A stretch of 64,000 nt of DNA from a virus. The stretch is taken from IMG/VR virus record IMGVR_UViG_3300032287_003559, positions 32,001-96,000 of that record. One strand, written 5' to 3'. Within the stretch, counting starts at the first letter, position 1. Each line of letters starts with the position of its first letter. The position numbers and the translations under genes are program-made. A model generated the notes under the pieces. The model saw only the letters and a list, made by a program, of their open reading frames with translations. It was not told the origin of the DNA and did no database searches. Positions 49,392 to 57,541 of this stretch are shown piece after piece.

Positions 49392-51685
49392 GCAACGGTA
49401 CAAAGGTTAAAAAGCGTGATGGTCGAATTGAATCTCTTGACCTAGACAAAATGCACTTGATGGTTGAAGAGGCGTGCAAGGGTCTTGCAGGAGTCTCTGC
49501 TAGTCAAGTTGAGATGACTTCTGGTATTCAATTCTATAACGGGATTACGACAGCAGAAATTCAAGAAATTTTGATTCGTTCTGCTAGTGATTTGATTGAT
49601 CTAGATCATCCAAATTATCAGTATGTTGCTGCTCGTCTACTTCTTTTTGCTGTTCGTAAGCAACTTTATGGAAAAATGAAAGAACTTCCTACGCTTGAAC
49701 AGCACATTTATGTGTGTGTTAATAAAGAAGTTTATGATAATGATATCTTCAGCAAATACTCAAAAGAGGAAATTGATAAAGCTGATTCTTATATCGATCA
49801 TGACCGTGACTATCTGTTTACTTATGCAGGTCTACGTCAAGTAGTTGATAAGTATCTTGTGCAAGACAGAAGTGGCGGCGGCGTATATGAAACTCCCCAA
49901 TTCATGTATATGATGATTGCTCTGACTATTTTTGCAGAGTATCCAAAAGAAACTAGAATGTCATATGTAAAGAGGTATTATGACGCAATCTCAAAGCACA
50001 AAATCAACATTCCCACACCTATCATGGCGGGAGTGCGAACTCCACTTCGACAATTCGCTAGCTGTGTTCTTGTTGATGTTGATGACACCCTCGATTCTAT
50101 CTTTAGTAGCGATATGGCTATTGGCAGATATGTTGCACAAAGAGCGGGAATCGGTATCAACGCAGGTAGAATCCGTGGTATCAACAGTAAAATTAGAGGT
50201 GGAGAAGTTCAGCACACAGGTGTTGTCCCATTCCTCAAAAAGTTTGAAGCAACTGTCCGATGCTGCACTCAAAATGGCATACGTGGTGGATCAGCAACTG
50301 TCCACTTCCCAATCTGGCACCAAGAAATAGAAGACATTCTAGTTCTTAAGAATAACAAGGGAACCGAAGATAATCGTGTCCGTAAACTTGATTATTCCAT
50401 TCAAATTAGTAAGTTGTTTTATGAAAGGTTTATTAAAGATGAAGAGATTACTCTCTTCAGTCCCCACGACGTACCTGGACTTTATGATTCTTTCGGAACA
50501 GATCGTTTTGACAGTCTCTATGTTTCGTATGAAGAAGATTCGTCCATTCCGAAAAAAACTATCAAGGCACAGGAACTTATTCTTAACCTCCTTAAAGAGC
50601 GTGCGGAAACAGGTCGTATCTATATTATGAATATTGACCACTGCAATTCTCATTCATCTTTTAAGGACAAAGTTAATATGAGTAATCTCTGCCAAGAAAT
50701 TACTCTTCCGACTGATCCCATTCACCATATTGATGATGATATGGGTGAAATTGCTCTCTGCATTTTATCTGCAATTAATGTTGGTAAAGTAAAGTCTGAT
50801 GAAGAACTTGAAGAACTTTGCGACCTTTCTGTTCGTGGTCTGGATGAGTTGATCGATTATCAGAAATACCCCGTAAAAGCAGCTGAGATCGCCACTAAAG
50901 CACGTCGTTCTCTTGGTGTAGGGTTTATTGGGTTGGCTCACTATTTGGCGAAACTTGGTTTTAAATACGAATCTCAGGAAGCATGGGATGCAGTTCATGG
51001 ACTTTCAGAGTCTTTCCAGTATTACCTTCTGAAAGCATCTAATCAACTTGCTAAAGAAAAGGGATACTGCGAATATTTTGGACGTACTAAGTATGCTGAT
51101 GGTATTCTTCCTATCGATACTTATAAGCAAGATGTAGACGAAATTTCTTCTATTGAATACCAACATGACTGGGAATCTCTTAGAGCATCTATTCTCGAAT
51201 ATGGACTTCGACATTCAACGTTGTCCGCACAGATGCCATCGGAGAGCAGTTCCGTTGTGTCAAATGCAACAAATGGGATCGAACCACCACGCGGTTTCCT
51301 GTCCATTAAAAAATCCAAGAAAGGACCACTTAAGCAAATTGTTCCACAGTACCACACACTTAAGAACAATTATACGCTTCTTTGGGATATGTCTGGGAAC
51401 ACTGGGTATATTAATATTGTTGCAGTTATGCAAAAGTTCTTTGATCAAGCAATTTCTGGAAACTGGTCATATAACCCAGAGCATTATGAAAATAATGAAG
51501 TTCCTGTTTCAGTAATGGCAAATGATTTTCTGACTACATACAAGTACGGGTGGAAGACTTCCTATTATCAAAATACCTATGATATTAAAACCGATGAGGT
51601 GGTGGAAGAAAAACCCAATCTTCAAGATTTAATTAATGAGTTAAGTACAGTAGAGGAGGGAGAGTGTGAATCCTGTGCAGTTTAA
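49388..51685 (+). CDS. nrdA: Class Ia ribonucleotide reductase alpha subunit
   Basis: ATP cone, PTPIMAG, QFASC, SNLCQEI, C-terminal CESC. Confidence 0.98.
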   Translation: MSNGTKVKKRDGRIESLDLDKMHLMVEEACKGLAGVSASQVEMTSGIQFYNGITTAEIQEILIRSASDLIDLDHPNYQYVAARLLLFAVRKQLYGKMKELPTLEQHIYVCVNKEVYDNDIFSKYSKEEIDKADSYIDHDRDYLFTYAGLRQVVDKYLVQDRSGGGVYETPQFMYMMIALTIFAEYPKETRMSYVKRYYDAISKHKINIPTPIMAGVRTPLRQFASCVLVDVDDTLDSIFSSDMAIGRYVAQRAGIGINAGRIRGINSKIRGGEVQHTGVVPFLKKFEATVRCCTQNGIRGGSATVHFPIWHQEIEDILVLKNNKGTEDNRVRKLDYSIQISKLFYERFIKDEEITLFSPHDVPGLYDSFGTDRFDSLYVSYEEDSSIPKKTIKAQELILNLLKERAETGRIYIMNIDHCNSHSSFKDKVNMSNLCQEITLPTDPIHHIDDDMGEIALCILSAINVGKVKSDEELEELCDLSVRGLDELIDYQKYPVKAAEIATKARRSLGVGFIGLAHYLAKLGFKYESQEAWDAVHGLSESFQYYLLKASNQLAKEKGYCEYFGRTKYADGILPIDTYKQDVDEISSIEYQHDWESLRASILEYGLRHSTLSAQMPSESSSVVSNATNGIEPPRGFLSIKKSKKGPLKQIVPQYHTLKNNYTLLWDMSGNTGYINIVAVMQKFFDQAISGNWSYNPEHYENNEVPVSVMANDFLTTYKYGWKTSYYQNTYDIKTDEVVEEKPNLQDLINELSTVEEGECESCAV

Positions 51686-52853
51686 AATTTCTTCAACAGA
51701 AGAATCTAGAAATATTAAAGGAATGACCGTTTTTAATACTGAAAAAGTTGATACCAAAAAGCAACCAATGTTTTTTGGTAAACCTCTTGGAGTTCAGAGA
51801 TATGATTCATACAAATATCCAATCTTTGACAAACTGACTACTCAACAACTTGGATACTTCTGGAGACCCGAAGAGGTTTCTCTCCAGAAGGATCGTGGTG
51901 ATTATCAAACACTGCGTCCTGAGCAGAAGCACATTTATACTTCAAATCTGAAGTATCAGATCATGCTTGATTCTGTTCAGGGTCGTGGTCCTGGTATGGC
52001 TTTTATTCCATACTGCTCACTTCCCGAACTTGAGGCATGTATGGAGGTATGGGGATTTATGGAGATGATCCATAGTCGTTCATATACCTACATCATTAAG
52101 AATATCTATTCAGACCCTTCTGAGGTGTTTGATACTATTATTGGCGATGAACGTATTCTGGAACGTGCTAAGAGCGTTACAGAGTCTTATGATGACTTCA
52201 TTCAATCGGCACAATTTTATGGAACTTCCGATCAATGGAAGCATCAACTTGAAGGAGTCACATACGCAAAGGAATCACTCAATGACGTTAAAAGAAAACT
52301 CTATAGAGCAGTCGCAAACGTTAATATTCTTGAAGGTATTCGCTTCTACGTTAGTTTTGCTTGCAGTTTCGCCTTTGGTGAACTTAAGCTTATGGAAGGA
52401 TCAGCTAAGATCATCTCTCTTATCGCAAGAGACGAAAACCAACACCTAGCACTTACTCAGAACATTCTGAATAAGTGGAGGGAAGGTGATGATCCTGAAA
52501 TGAAACAGATTGCTAAGGAAGAAGAAGAGTGGGTTTATAAGATGTTCGATCGTGCTGTAAACGAAGAAAAGAAATGGGCAGATTATCTGTTCAAAGATGG
52601 AAGCATGATTGGATTGAATGATAAACTCCTTCAGCAATATGTTGAGTGGATTGCAAATCGTAGACTGAAAGCAATCGGTCTCAAACCACAATATGACATT
52701 TCAGCAAACAATAATCCACTTCCTTGGACACAGCACTGGATTTCTTCCAAAGGTCTTCAGGTTGCTCCCCAGGAAACAGAGGTAGAATCTTATGTTGTAG
52801 GGGGAATTAAGCAAGATGTTACCAAAAATACTTTCGCAGGATTCCAATTATGA
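51666..52853 (+). CDS. nrdB: Class Ia ribonucleotide reductase beta subunit
   Basis: FWRPEE, EMIHSRSY, EGIRFYVSF, RDENQH, VAPQETE; GTG start. Confidence 0.98.
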   Translation: MNPVQFKISSTEESRNIKGMTVFNTEKVDTKKQPMFFGKPLGVQRYDSYKYPIFDKLTTQQLGYFWRPEEVSLQKDRGDYQTLRPEQKHIYTSNLKYQIMLDSVQGRGPGMAFIPYCSLPELEACMEVWGFMEMIHSRSYTYIIKNIYSDPSEVFDTIIGDERILERAKSVTESYDDFIQSAQFYGTSDQWKHQLEGVTYAKESLNDVKRKLYRAVANVNILEGIRFYVSFACSFAFGELKLMEGSAKIISLIARDENQHLALTQNILNKWREGDDPEMKQIAKEEEEWVYKMFDRAVNEEKKWADYLFKDGSMIGLNDKLLQQYVEWIANRRLKAIGLKPQYDISANNNPLPWTQHWISSKGLQVAPQETEVESYVVGGIKQDVTKNTFAGFQL

Positions 52854-52977
52854 TGAATGGTGCGAACAGGAAATCCTGAATGCATACAAAGAAGCAGCAG
52901 AATGTGATGAGTTTATGTTTGGAGATTATAACTATTGTGAAGAATGGTTAGGTAAAACTAGTAATGATGTTGCATAG
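52816..52977 (+). CDS. 53-aa acidic hypothetical protein (not in ORF track)
   Basis: MLPKILSQDSNYDEWCEQEILNAYKEAAECDEF...; fills the gap between nrdB and the terminator. Confidence 0.5.
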   Translation: MLPKILSQDSNYDEWCEQEILNAYKEAAECDEFMFGDYNYCEEWLGKTSNDVA

Positions 52978-52979
52978 AT

Positions 52980-53004
52980 AGGGGAGGTTATCTCCTCTTT
53001 TTTT
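52980..53004 (+). terminator. Intrinsic terminator
   Basis: AGGGGA...TCCTCT hairpin plus T-tract. Confidence 0.65.
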
Positions 53005-53160
53005 ATGGTACACATTACAGACATTTACGAACTAAAAGCAAGACTTGATGGTCTTAAGCACCAACTTGAGAATGAAAATTTGCCTTGGCATGAGAAACAA
53101 CTAGCTCATAAATATCTGAACAAGGCAATGGATTATGTGAATGAGTTGCAGTTATATTAA
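53005..53160 (+). CDS. 51-aa hypothetical protein (not in ORF track)
   Basis: MVHITDIYELKARLDGLKHQL...AHKYLNKAMDYVNELQLY. Confidence 0.55.
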   Translation: MVHITDIYELKARLDGLKHQLENENLPWHEKQLAHKYLNKAMDYVNELQLY

Positions 53161-53578
53161 TCCCTGGTATTATGGTAACAAGTCTTTTGAATCTGAAGAT
53201 ATAGAAGATTATTATGGGTTTGTTTATTTGATCGAGAATAAACTAAATGGTAGAAAATATATCGGAAGAAAATATTTTTGGCAGTTTAGAACTCCAAAAG
53301 GTAAAAAAAGAAAAGTAAAATCTGAATCTAATTGGAAGGATTACTATGGGTCTTGTCCGGAACTTAAAGAAGACATTGACAAATTTGGCAGAGAAAATTT
53401 TAGTAGAACTATCTTATCATTACATAAAACAAAGGGCAAAACAAACTTTGAGGAGACCAGACGACTCTTCAACCACAATGTTCTCACAGAATCCCTTGAC
53501 GGTGGAGTCCCAGCGTTCTACAATAGCAACATCCTCAACAGGTACTTCCGAAAAGATTATTATGGAAACAACGACTGA
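53141..53578 (+). CDS. GIY-YIG-family endonuclease-like protein
   Basis: GFVYLIEN..NGRKYIGRK, YYGS, FYNSNI. Confidence 0.8.
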   Translation: MSCSYINPWYYGNKSFESEDIEDYYGFVYLIENKLNGRKYIGRKYFWQFRTPKGKKRKVKSESNWKDYYGSCPELKEDIDKFGRENFSRTILSLHKTKGKTNFEETRRLFNHNVLTESLDGGVPAFYNSNILNRYFRKDYYGNND

Positions 53579-53735
53579 AGATATTGTTGCGCATGTGAGG
53601 AACTGGTCTCTTGACCGTGCTGCAGATATGACTATTCATAAAGAGGATGCTCGTGCAATTCTTGCAGAATTTTATGAATGGATTGAGCCTGAAGGTGATG
53701 AACTTGAAATTGTTTCTCTAGAACCGGAAGATTGA
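53562..53735 (+). CDS. Hypothetical protein
   Basis: METTTEDIVAHVRNWSLDR...EFYEWIEP; 3' part of track ORF 53346..53735. Confidence 0.6.
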   Translation: METTTEDIVAHVRNWSLDRAADMTIHKEDARAILAEFYEWIEPEGDELEIVSLEPED

Positions 53736-53760
53736 CAAATTCTAAATAAAAACTTATTAT
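53732..53760 (+). promoter_or_regulatory. Sigma70-like promoter with embedded CTAAATA late-like element
   Basis: TTGACA-17nt-TATTAT. Confidence 0.55.
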
Positions 53761-53890
53761 GTAAAAATCCCTGTTATGAGCAGGGTTTTTTATTATGAGA
53801 CTTTGATAGTGATTTAGAGCCGTGGGGATTGCCCTCTGAGAGGGGGGAAGTGCGCTTTCCTTATACGGATGTAGAGTTCAATTAAACTTA

Positions 53891-54517
53891 ATGCAAAACT
53901 TCTTTACTGTAGCCCTCTTGCCTCTTCTGGCAACGGTTACAACCACAACGGCAACACTGCCATCATCTGCTATTTCTCCTTCATATTCTATTATTAAGGA
54001 GTTTGAGTCAGAGAAGACAGCAATCCGCGAGGTTGCTCCCGAAAAGCCAAAAGAGAAAAGGCTAATTTGTAAAGGGTGTAATGAACATGAAAATGTTACC
54101 CTGGCTTATTTTCAGGACATTGGAATTAAAGACAGAAACGCCCTTGCTACCATCATGGGTAATATTCGTCAGGAATCAACTTTTGTTCCTAACATTTGTG
54201 AAGGTGGTAGTAGAACCAGTTACTATAGCTGCGGTCGCGGTTATGGTCTGATTCAATGGACATCTGCCGATAGGTATTATGGATTGGGTGATTTTGCTAG
54301 AAAAGTTGGTGGAAATCCATCATCTATTCGAACGCAACTTGGTTATCTAACAACTGAGGTTCAATGGCAACGAATTGTAGATAGAATGAAAGTTCCTGGT
54401 AAATCTATCAATCGTTACATGGACTATGCGTATAGTTGGATTGGTTGGGGGCATCATGGTGCCCGTACATCTTATGCCTATGATTATGCTTCCCGACTGA
54501 TTCCGGTAGAAGTTTGA
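53891..54517 (+). CDS. Phage tail-type lysozyme with signal-peptide-like N-terminus
   Basis: IMGNIRQES and GYGLIQWT...R motifs; hydrophobic N-terminus. Confidence 0.8.
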   Translation: MQNFFTVALLPLLATVTTTTATLPSSAISPSYSIIKEFESEKTAIREVAPEKPKEKRLICKGCNEHENVTLAYFQDIGIKDRNALATIMGNIRQESTFVPNICEGGSRTSYYSCGRGYGLIQWTSADRYYGLGDFARKVGGNPSSIRTQLGYLTTEVQWQRIVDRMKVPGKSINRYMDYAYSWIGWGHHGARTSYAYDYASRLIPVEV

Positions 54518-54536
54518 TACAATAGAATAATAAATA

Positions 54537-54562
54537 GAGGGAGTCGTATGACTCCTTTTTTT
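54537..54562 (+). terminator. Intrinsic terminator
   Basis: GGAGTC-GTAT-GACTCC plus T7. Confidence 0.8.
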
Positions 54563-54982
54563 ATGCTTAATTTCAACTTCGGAAACAAGAGACCTGATAA
54601 GAAGCAAATCGTCCTTGTAAGCGTCGTATTAAGCACGATAGTAGCAACTCTCTCCCAATGCACTGGAGCGCCCTCAGAGCGCCTCTGGGACCTCTTAGAC
54701 GAGGTTCAGAGGAGGTTCTTCCCCCAGACCATAATTAACGATGTTCTCCTTAAAGATCCTGGAGTTGTTAAAAGAAGAGCGAAAAGAGATGTTGATCAAG
54801 CTATATGGGATTATGAACGCTTGACTGGATATTCAAATGAGCCTAGAATACCTTTGCCGAGGTTGATAGAGAAATCTCCAGAAGCTTCTAAGTGTTATAC
54901 TGAAGAGTGTAAAAAACTTGGAGGAGAAATGAGACTTTGCTCTCCATGGCTTGACGATTGCGTTAAAGAACCTGTACAATAG
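54563..54982 (+). CDS. Hypothetical membrane-anchored protein
   Basis: N-terminal hydrophobic helix; C-terminal CYTEEC...MRLCSPW..DC. Confidence 0.7.
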   Translation: MLNFNFGNKRPDKKQIVLVSVVLSTIVATLSQCTGAPSERLWDLLDEVQRRFFPQTIINDVLLKDPGVVKRRAKRDVDQAIWDYERLTGYSNEPRIPLPRLIEKSPEASKCYTEECKKLGGEMRLCSPWLDDCVKEPVQ

Positions 54983-54989
54983 AAACATC

Positions 54990-55071
54990 GGGTAGGTGTC
55001 CGAGTGGTTAATGGAGGCGGACTGTAAATCCGCTGGCTCTGCCTACGGGGGTTCAAATCCCTCCCTGCCCA
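54990..55071 (+). tRNA. tRNA-Tyr(GTA)
   Basis: GCGGA-CT-GTA-AA-TCCGC arm, long variable arm, GTTCAAA T-loop. Confidence 0.95.
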
Positions 55072-55073
55072 CC

Positions 55074-55102
55074 TTGACGATCTGATTCTTAAGTGGTATG
55101 AT
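55074..55102 (+). promoter_or_regulatory. Sigma70-like promoter
   Basis: TTGACG-17nt-TATGAT. Confidence 0.6.
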
Positions 55103-55187
55103 TGTCTTATGAGCGGTGAGGGTCCAAACCTCACATAAGTCTCACCCCTCCTATGCCTCTCAACGATGCACAAACCAGGAGGGCTCT

Positions 55188-55261
55188 GTTTCGGTAGCTC
55201 AGTTGGATAGAGCATCTGCCTTCTAAGCAGTTGGTCACAGGTTCAAGTCCTGTCCGAAACG
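55188..55261 (+). tRNA. tRNA-Arg(TCT)
   Basis: GTTTCGG/CCGAAAC acceptor; CTGC-CT-TCT-AA-GCAG. Confidence 0.93.
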
Positions 55262-55288
55262 CTTGGAGTCTTTGATTCCATATATAAA

Positions 55289-55444
55289 AGCGATAGAGGG
55301 TAAGTCCCTGTTATATCCTTATGAGGTATATCACACTTACTCCATCAAATCGTAGGAAGTGCAAACCCTCTCGCTGGTCATAGTATTCTGTGTCTAGATG
55401 AAGGGAAAGGTGATTCTGTCCGCACATAGAAATCCCTCCTACCA
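55289..55444 (+). ncRNA. Unassigned structured RNA candidate in tRNA cluster
   Basis: Several complementary segments, no ORF, ends in CCA just before tRNA-Leu. Confidence 0.4.
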
Positions 55445-55446
55445 TA

Positions 55447-55529
55447 GCTCTAGTGGTGGAACGGTAGACACAGCGGACTTAGAATCCGCCGCCTTAAAAA
55501 GCGTGGAAGTTCAAATCTTCTCTGGAGCA
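55447..55529 (+). tRNA. tRNA-Leu(TAG)
   Basis: GCGGA-CT-TAG-AA-TCCGC arm, long variable arm. Confidence 0.93.
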
Positions 55530-55530
55530 C

Positions 55531-55559
55531 TTGACAATCAAACTTAAATAGTTTATGAT
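55531..55559 (+). promoter_or_regulatory. Sigma70-like promoter
   Basis: TTGACA-17nt-TATGAT upstream of tRNA-Gly. Confidence 0.7.
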
Positions 55560-55568
55560 TGTCTTATT

Positions 55569-55640
55569 GCGAAAGTAACTCAACGGTAGAGTCCCTGCCT
55601 TCCAAGCAGGTTGTTGCGAGTTCGAATCTCGTCTTTCGCT
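55569..55640 (+). tRNA. tRNA-Gly(TCC)
   Basis: GCGAAAG/CTTTCGC acceptor, U73; CCTGC-CT-TCC-AA-GCAGG. Confidence 0.95.
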
Positions 55641-55663
55641 CTTGGAGTTTATCTCCACAAATT

Positions 55664-55735
55664 CCGTTGGTAGTCTAGTGGTCAGGACAGGCAGACAATG
55701 CACTTGGAGTTCGGGTTCGATTCCCGACCAGCGGC
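55664..55735 (+). ncRNA. tRNA-like RNA lacking a canonical anticodon arm
   Basis: Acceptor CCGTTGG/CCAGCGG, D arm GTCT/GGAC, T arm TCGGG-TTCGATT-CCCGA intact; anticodon segment cannot form a 5-bp stem with 7-nt loop. Confidence 0.75.
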
Positions 55736-55753
55736 CAGCAAATTTCTTTTCTT

Positions 55754-55933
55754 ATGGAAGTTGAAGTTAATTCTATTAATATCGCAAGACTTCTAAGTGA
55801 ATTAGAAGGTTGCTACATCTTCACCAAATATATGGGGTTTGAAGATGATATGAACACTCTTGATGAAATGAAGAAAAGATATTATAAACTTTACTTCAAA
55901 CTCTATAAGGAAGAAAAAAGTAATCCCCTGTAG
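55754..55933 (+). CDS. 59-aa hypothetical protein (not in ORF track)
   Basis: MEVEVNSINIARLLSELEG...KRYYKLYFKL; stop lies inside the tRNA-Asn 5' end. Confidence 0.6.
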   Translation: MEVEVNSINIARLLSELEGCYIFTKYMGFEDDMNTLDEMKKRYYKLYFKLYKEEKSNPL

Positions 55934-55996
55934 TTCAGTCGGTAGAACGGAGGACTGTTAATCCTTATGTCCCTGGTTCGAGTCCAGGCGGGGGAG
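55924..55996 (+). tRNA. tRNA-Asn(GTT)
   Basis: TCCCCTG/CGGGGGA acceptor, G73; GAGGA-CT-GTT-AA-TCCTT. Confidence 0.95.
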
Positions 55997-56079
55997 TTGG
56001 AAGGACTGGAAATGTCTGGGTCTTCCATTACTAAAACCTAGAGTTTTTCTAGGTCAGGGGGATGGCCATCCCCTGTTTC

Positions 56080-56152
56080 GGGCGATTAGCTCAGCGGTAG
56101 CAGCGTCTGCTTTACACGCAGAATGTCGGGGGTTCGAATCCCTCATCGCCCA
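56080..56152 (+). tRNA. tRNA-Val(TAC)
   Basis: GGGCGAT/ATCGCCC acceptor; TCTGC-TT-TAC-AC-GCAGA. Confidence 0.92.
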
Positions 56153-56180
56153 CTTGCATAAATACTTGAAAAAAAGTATA

Positions 56181-56615
56181 ATGGAAAAACTGTATAAATT
56201 ACTCAGTGATGCACAGTCATCACTTTTTGTTTTATTCCATAAAACTTGGGCATTTCATTGGAATGTTGTAGGTTCAGATTTCACACAACTTCACCAACTC
56301 TTTGGTGGTCAGTATGAAACTATGTTTGAAGAGATTGACCGTCTCTCAGAGCATATGAGATATTTGAATGTAAAACCATTGAGTTCTCTCTCAAGAATGC
56401 TTGAGGTAACTCAAATTAAAGAGGCTGCAAGTTCTACAACAGCAAATAATATGCTTTCAGAACTTCTTGAGAATAATGAAAAGTTTTGTGAAATAATGAC
56501 CGAAATTTCTGAAGAAGCAGAAGCGCAAAAGCAATATGCAACTGCCAATCTATCTCAAGATTTAATGGAATCTCACGGCAAATTTATCTGGCAATTAAGA
56601 GCACATTTACAATGA
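56181..56615 (+). CDS. dps: Dps/ferritin-like protein
   Basis: FHWNVVG..F..LH.LF..QY, IDRLSE, HGKFIWQL motifs. Confidence 0.9.
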   Translation: MEKLYKLLSDAQSSLFVLFHKTWAFHWNVVGSDFTQLHQLFGGQYETMFEEIDRLSEHMRYLNVKPLSSLSRMLEVTQIKEAASSTTANNMLSELLENNEKFCEIMTEISEEAEAQKQYATANLSQDLMESHGKFIWQLRAHLQ

Positions 56616-56630
56616 ATAGGATGAAAAGCA

Positions 56631-56882
56631 ATGTTATCAATAAGATGCAAAGATTGTAATAGAGAATTAACAGGACATCATTCAAAAACAGTAAGTTGTG
56701 GTTGTCCTAATATGGCAACAATTCGTGGAGATAAGATTTCAGCACTTGACTTATCTCGCATTGTTATGCTAAACTCCTTAAAAGAAAATCAAAAAACAAA
56801 TGTGTTAACCTCTCAAGATATTGCTTGGCAGGAAGCACGTCGTCAGCGTAAAGTTAGACGACTTGATTTTGAAGTCCGCTGA
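56631..56882 (+). CDS. Zn-ribbon hypothetical protein
   Basis: IRCKDC...SCGCPN. Confidence 0.7.
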   Translation: MLSIRCKDCNRELTGHHSKTVSCGCPNMATIRGDKISALDLSRIVMLNSLKENQKTNVLTSQDIAWQEARRQRKVRRLDFEVR

Positions 56883-56893
56883 GGACTTATATT

Positions 56894-56978
56894 GGAAAGG
56901 TGGTCGAGTGGTTGAAGGCTCCAGTCTTGAAAACTGGCGATGTGAAAGCATCCGTGGGTTCGAATCCCACCCTTTCCG
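56894..56978 (+). tRNA. tRNA-Ser(TGA)
   Basis: GGAAAGG/CCTTTCC acceptor, G73; CCAGT-CT-TGA-AA-ACTGG; long variable arm. Confidence 0.96.
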
Positions 56979-57082
56979 TTACAGATTTAACAATTTCTTC
57001 AGTAGTGTTACAGAACGAACACAAATTGTTGACGATGAAAATTTTGTGAATAGTATATAGTAGTACTATCACTTAAAAACTT

Positions 57083-57238
57083 ATGGACCAACACACCTAT
57101 AATAACTGGGTCCGTATTAAAGAGACTTTTGAGAAGTCTGGTAATACAGATAACATGTTTTATAAAAGGGCGTGTGAAATCATAAGAACAAAAAGAGATC
57201 CTCTGGCAAGTTTTTTGGAGATGAAAAATGACACCTGA
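57083..57238 (+). CDS. 51-aa hypothetical protein (not in ORF track)
   Basis: MDQHTYNNWVRIKETFEKSGNTDNMFYKRAC...DPL. Confidence 0.6.
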   Translation: MDQHTYNNWVRIKETFEKSGNTDNMFYKRACEIIRTKRDPLASFLEMKNDT

Positions 57239-57386
57239 AGAAGTTCAATCTATGATTGATGAGTCTGTTGCGAAGGCAATTGACAAACACAATAAAACTG
57301 CTACAATAATCTCAGCAACAATCGGATCGATTTTGCTTTTCTTCTATGCTCATGGTGTTATTGCTATTATAGATAGAGTACGATGA
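57228..57386 (+). CDS. 52-aa membrane protein (not in ORF track)
   Basis: MTPEEVQSMIDE...KHN plus C-terminal TM helix; overlaps neighbours. Confidence 0.6.
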   Translation: MTPEEVQSMIDESVAKAIDKHNKTATIISATIGSILLFFYAHGVIAIIDRVR

Positions 57387-57505
57387 GACATTTTGTGTAT
57401 GTTATCCTGAATAATCAACTAGCATTGTTTATTATTGGATGCCTCTTGACAATCGCACCTGCTATCGGTATAATGGTAGTACATTCATCAAAGGATGAAG
57501 ATTAA
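57383..57505 (+). CDS. 40-aa membrane peptide (not in ORF track)
   Basis: ATGA-coupled; MRHFVYVILNNQLALFIIGCLLTIAPAIGIMVVH. Confidence 0.5.
   Translation: MRHFVYVILNNQLALFIIGCLLTIAPAIGIMVVHSSKDED
57446..57474 (+). promoter_or_regulatory. Perfect sigma70 consensus promoter
   Basis: TTGACA-17nt-TATAAT. Confidence 0.8.
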
Positions 57506-57509
57506 ATCT

Positions 57510-57517
57510 TATAAATA
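57510..57517 (+). promoter_or_regulatory. T4-type late promoter TATAAATA
   Basis: Exact consensus upstream of the HNH gene. Confidence 0.7.
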
Positions 57518-57541
57518 GATTTGAACTTTATTTGAAGAATA

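Noticed and set aside
35021-52853. Introns or inteins in gp43, gp41, nrdA, nrdB
   Set aside because: All are continuous ORFs of ordinary length with contiguous motifs.
54895-55215. Track ORFs overlapping tRNA genes (also 55494-55703, 56821-57060, 56887-57072)
   Set aside because: Artefacts of GC-rich tRNA sequence.
56894-56978. TGA in the tRNA read as a suppressor or recoding sign
   Set aside because: Anticodon TGA reads UCA (Ser); all three stop codons end genes normally in this window.
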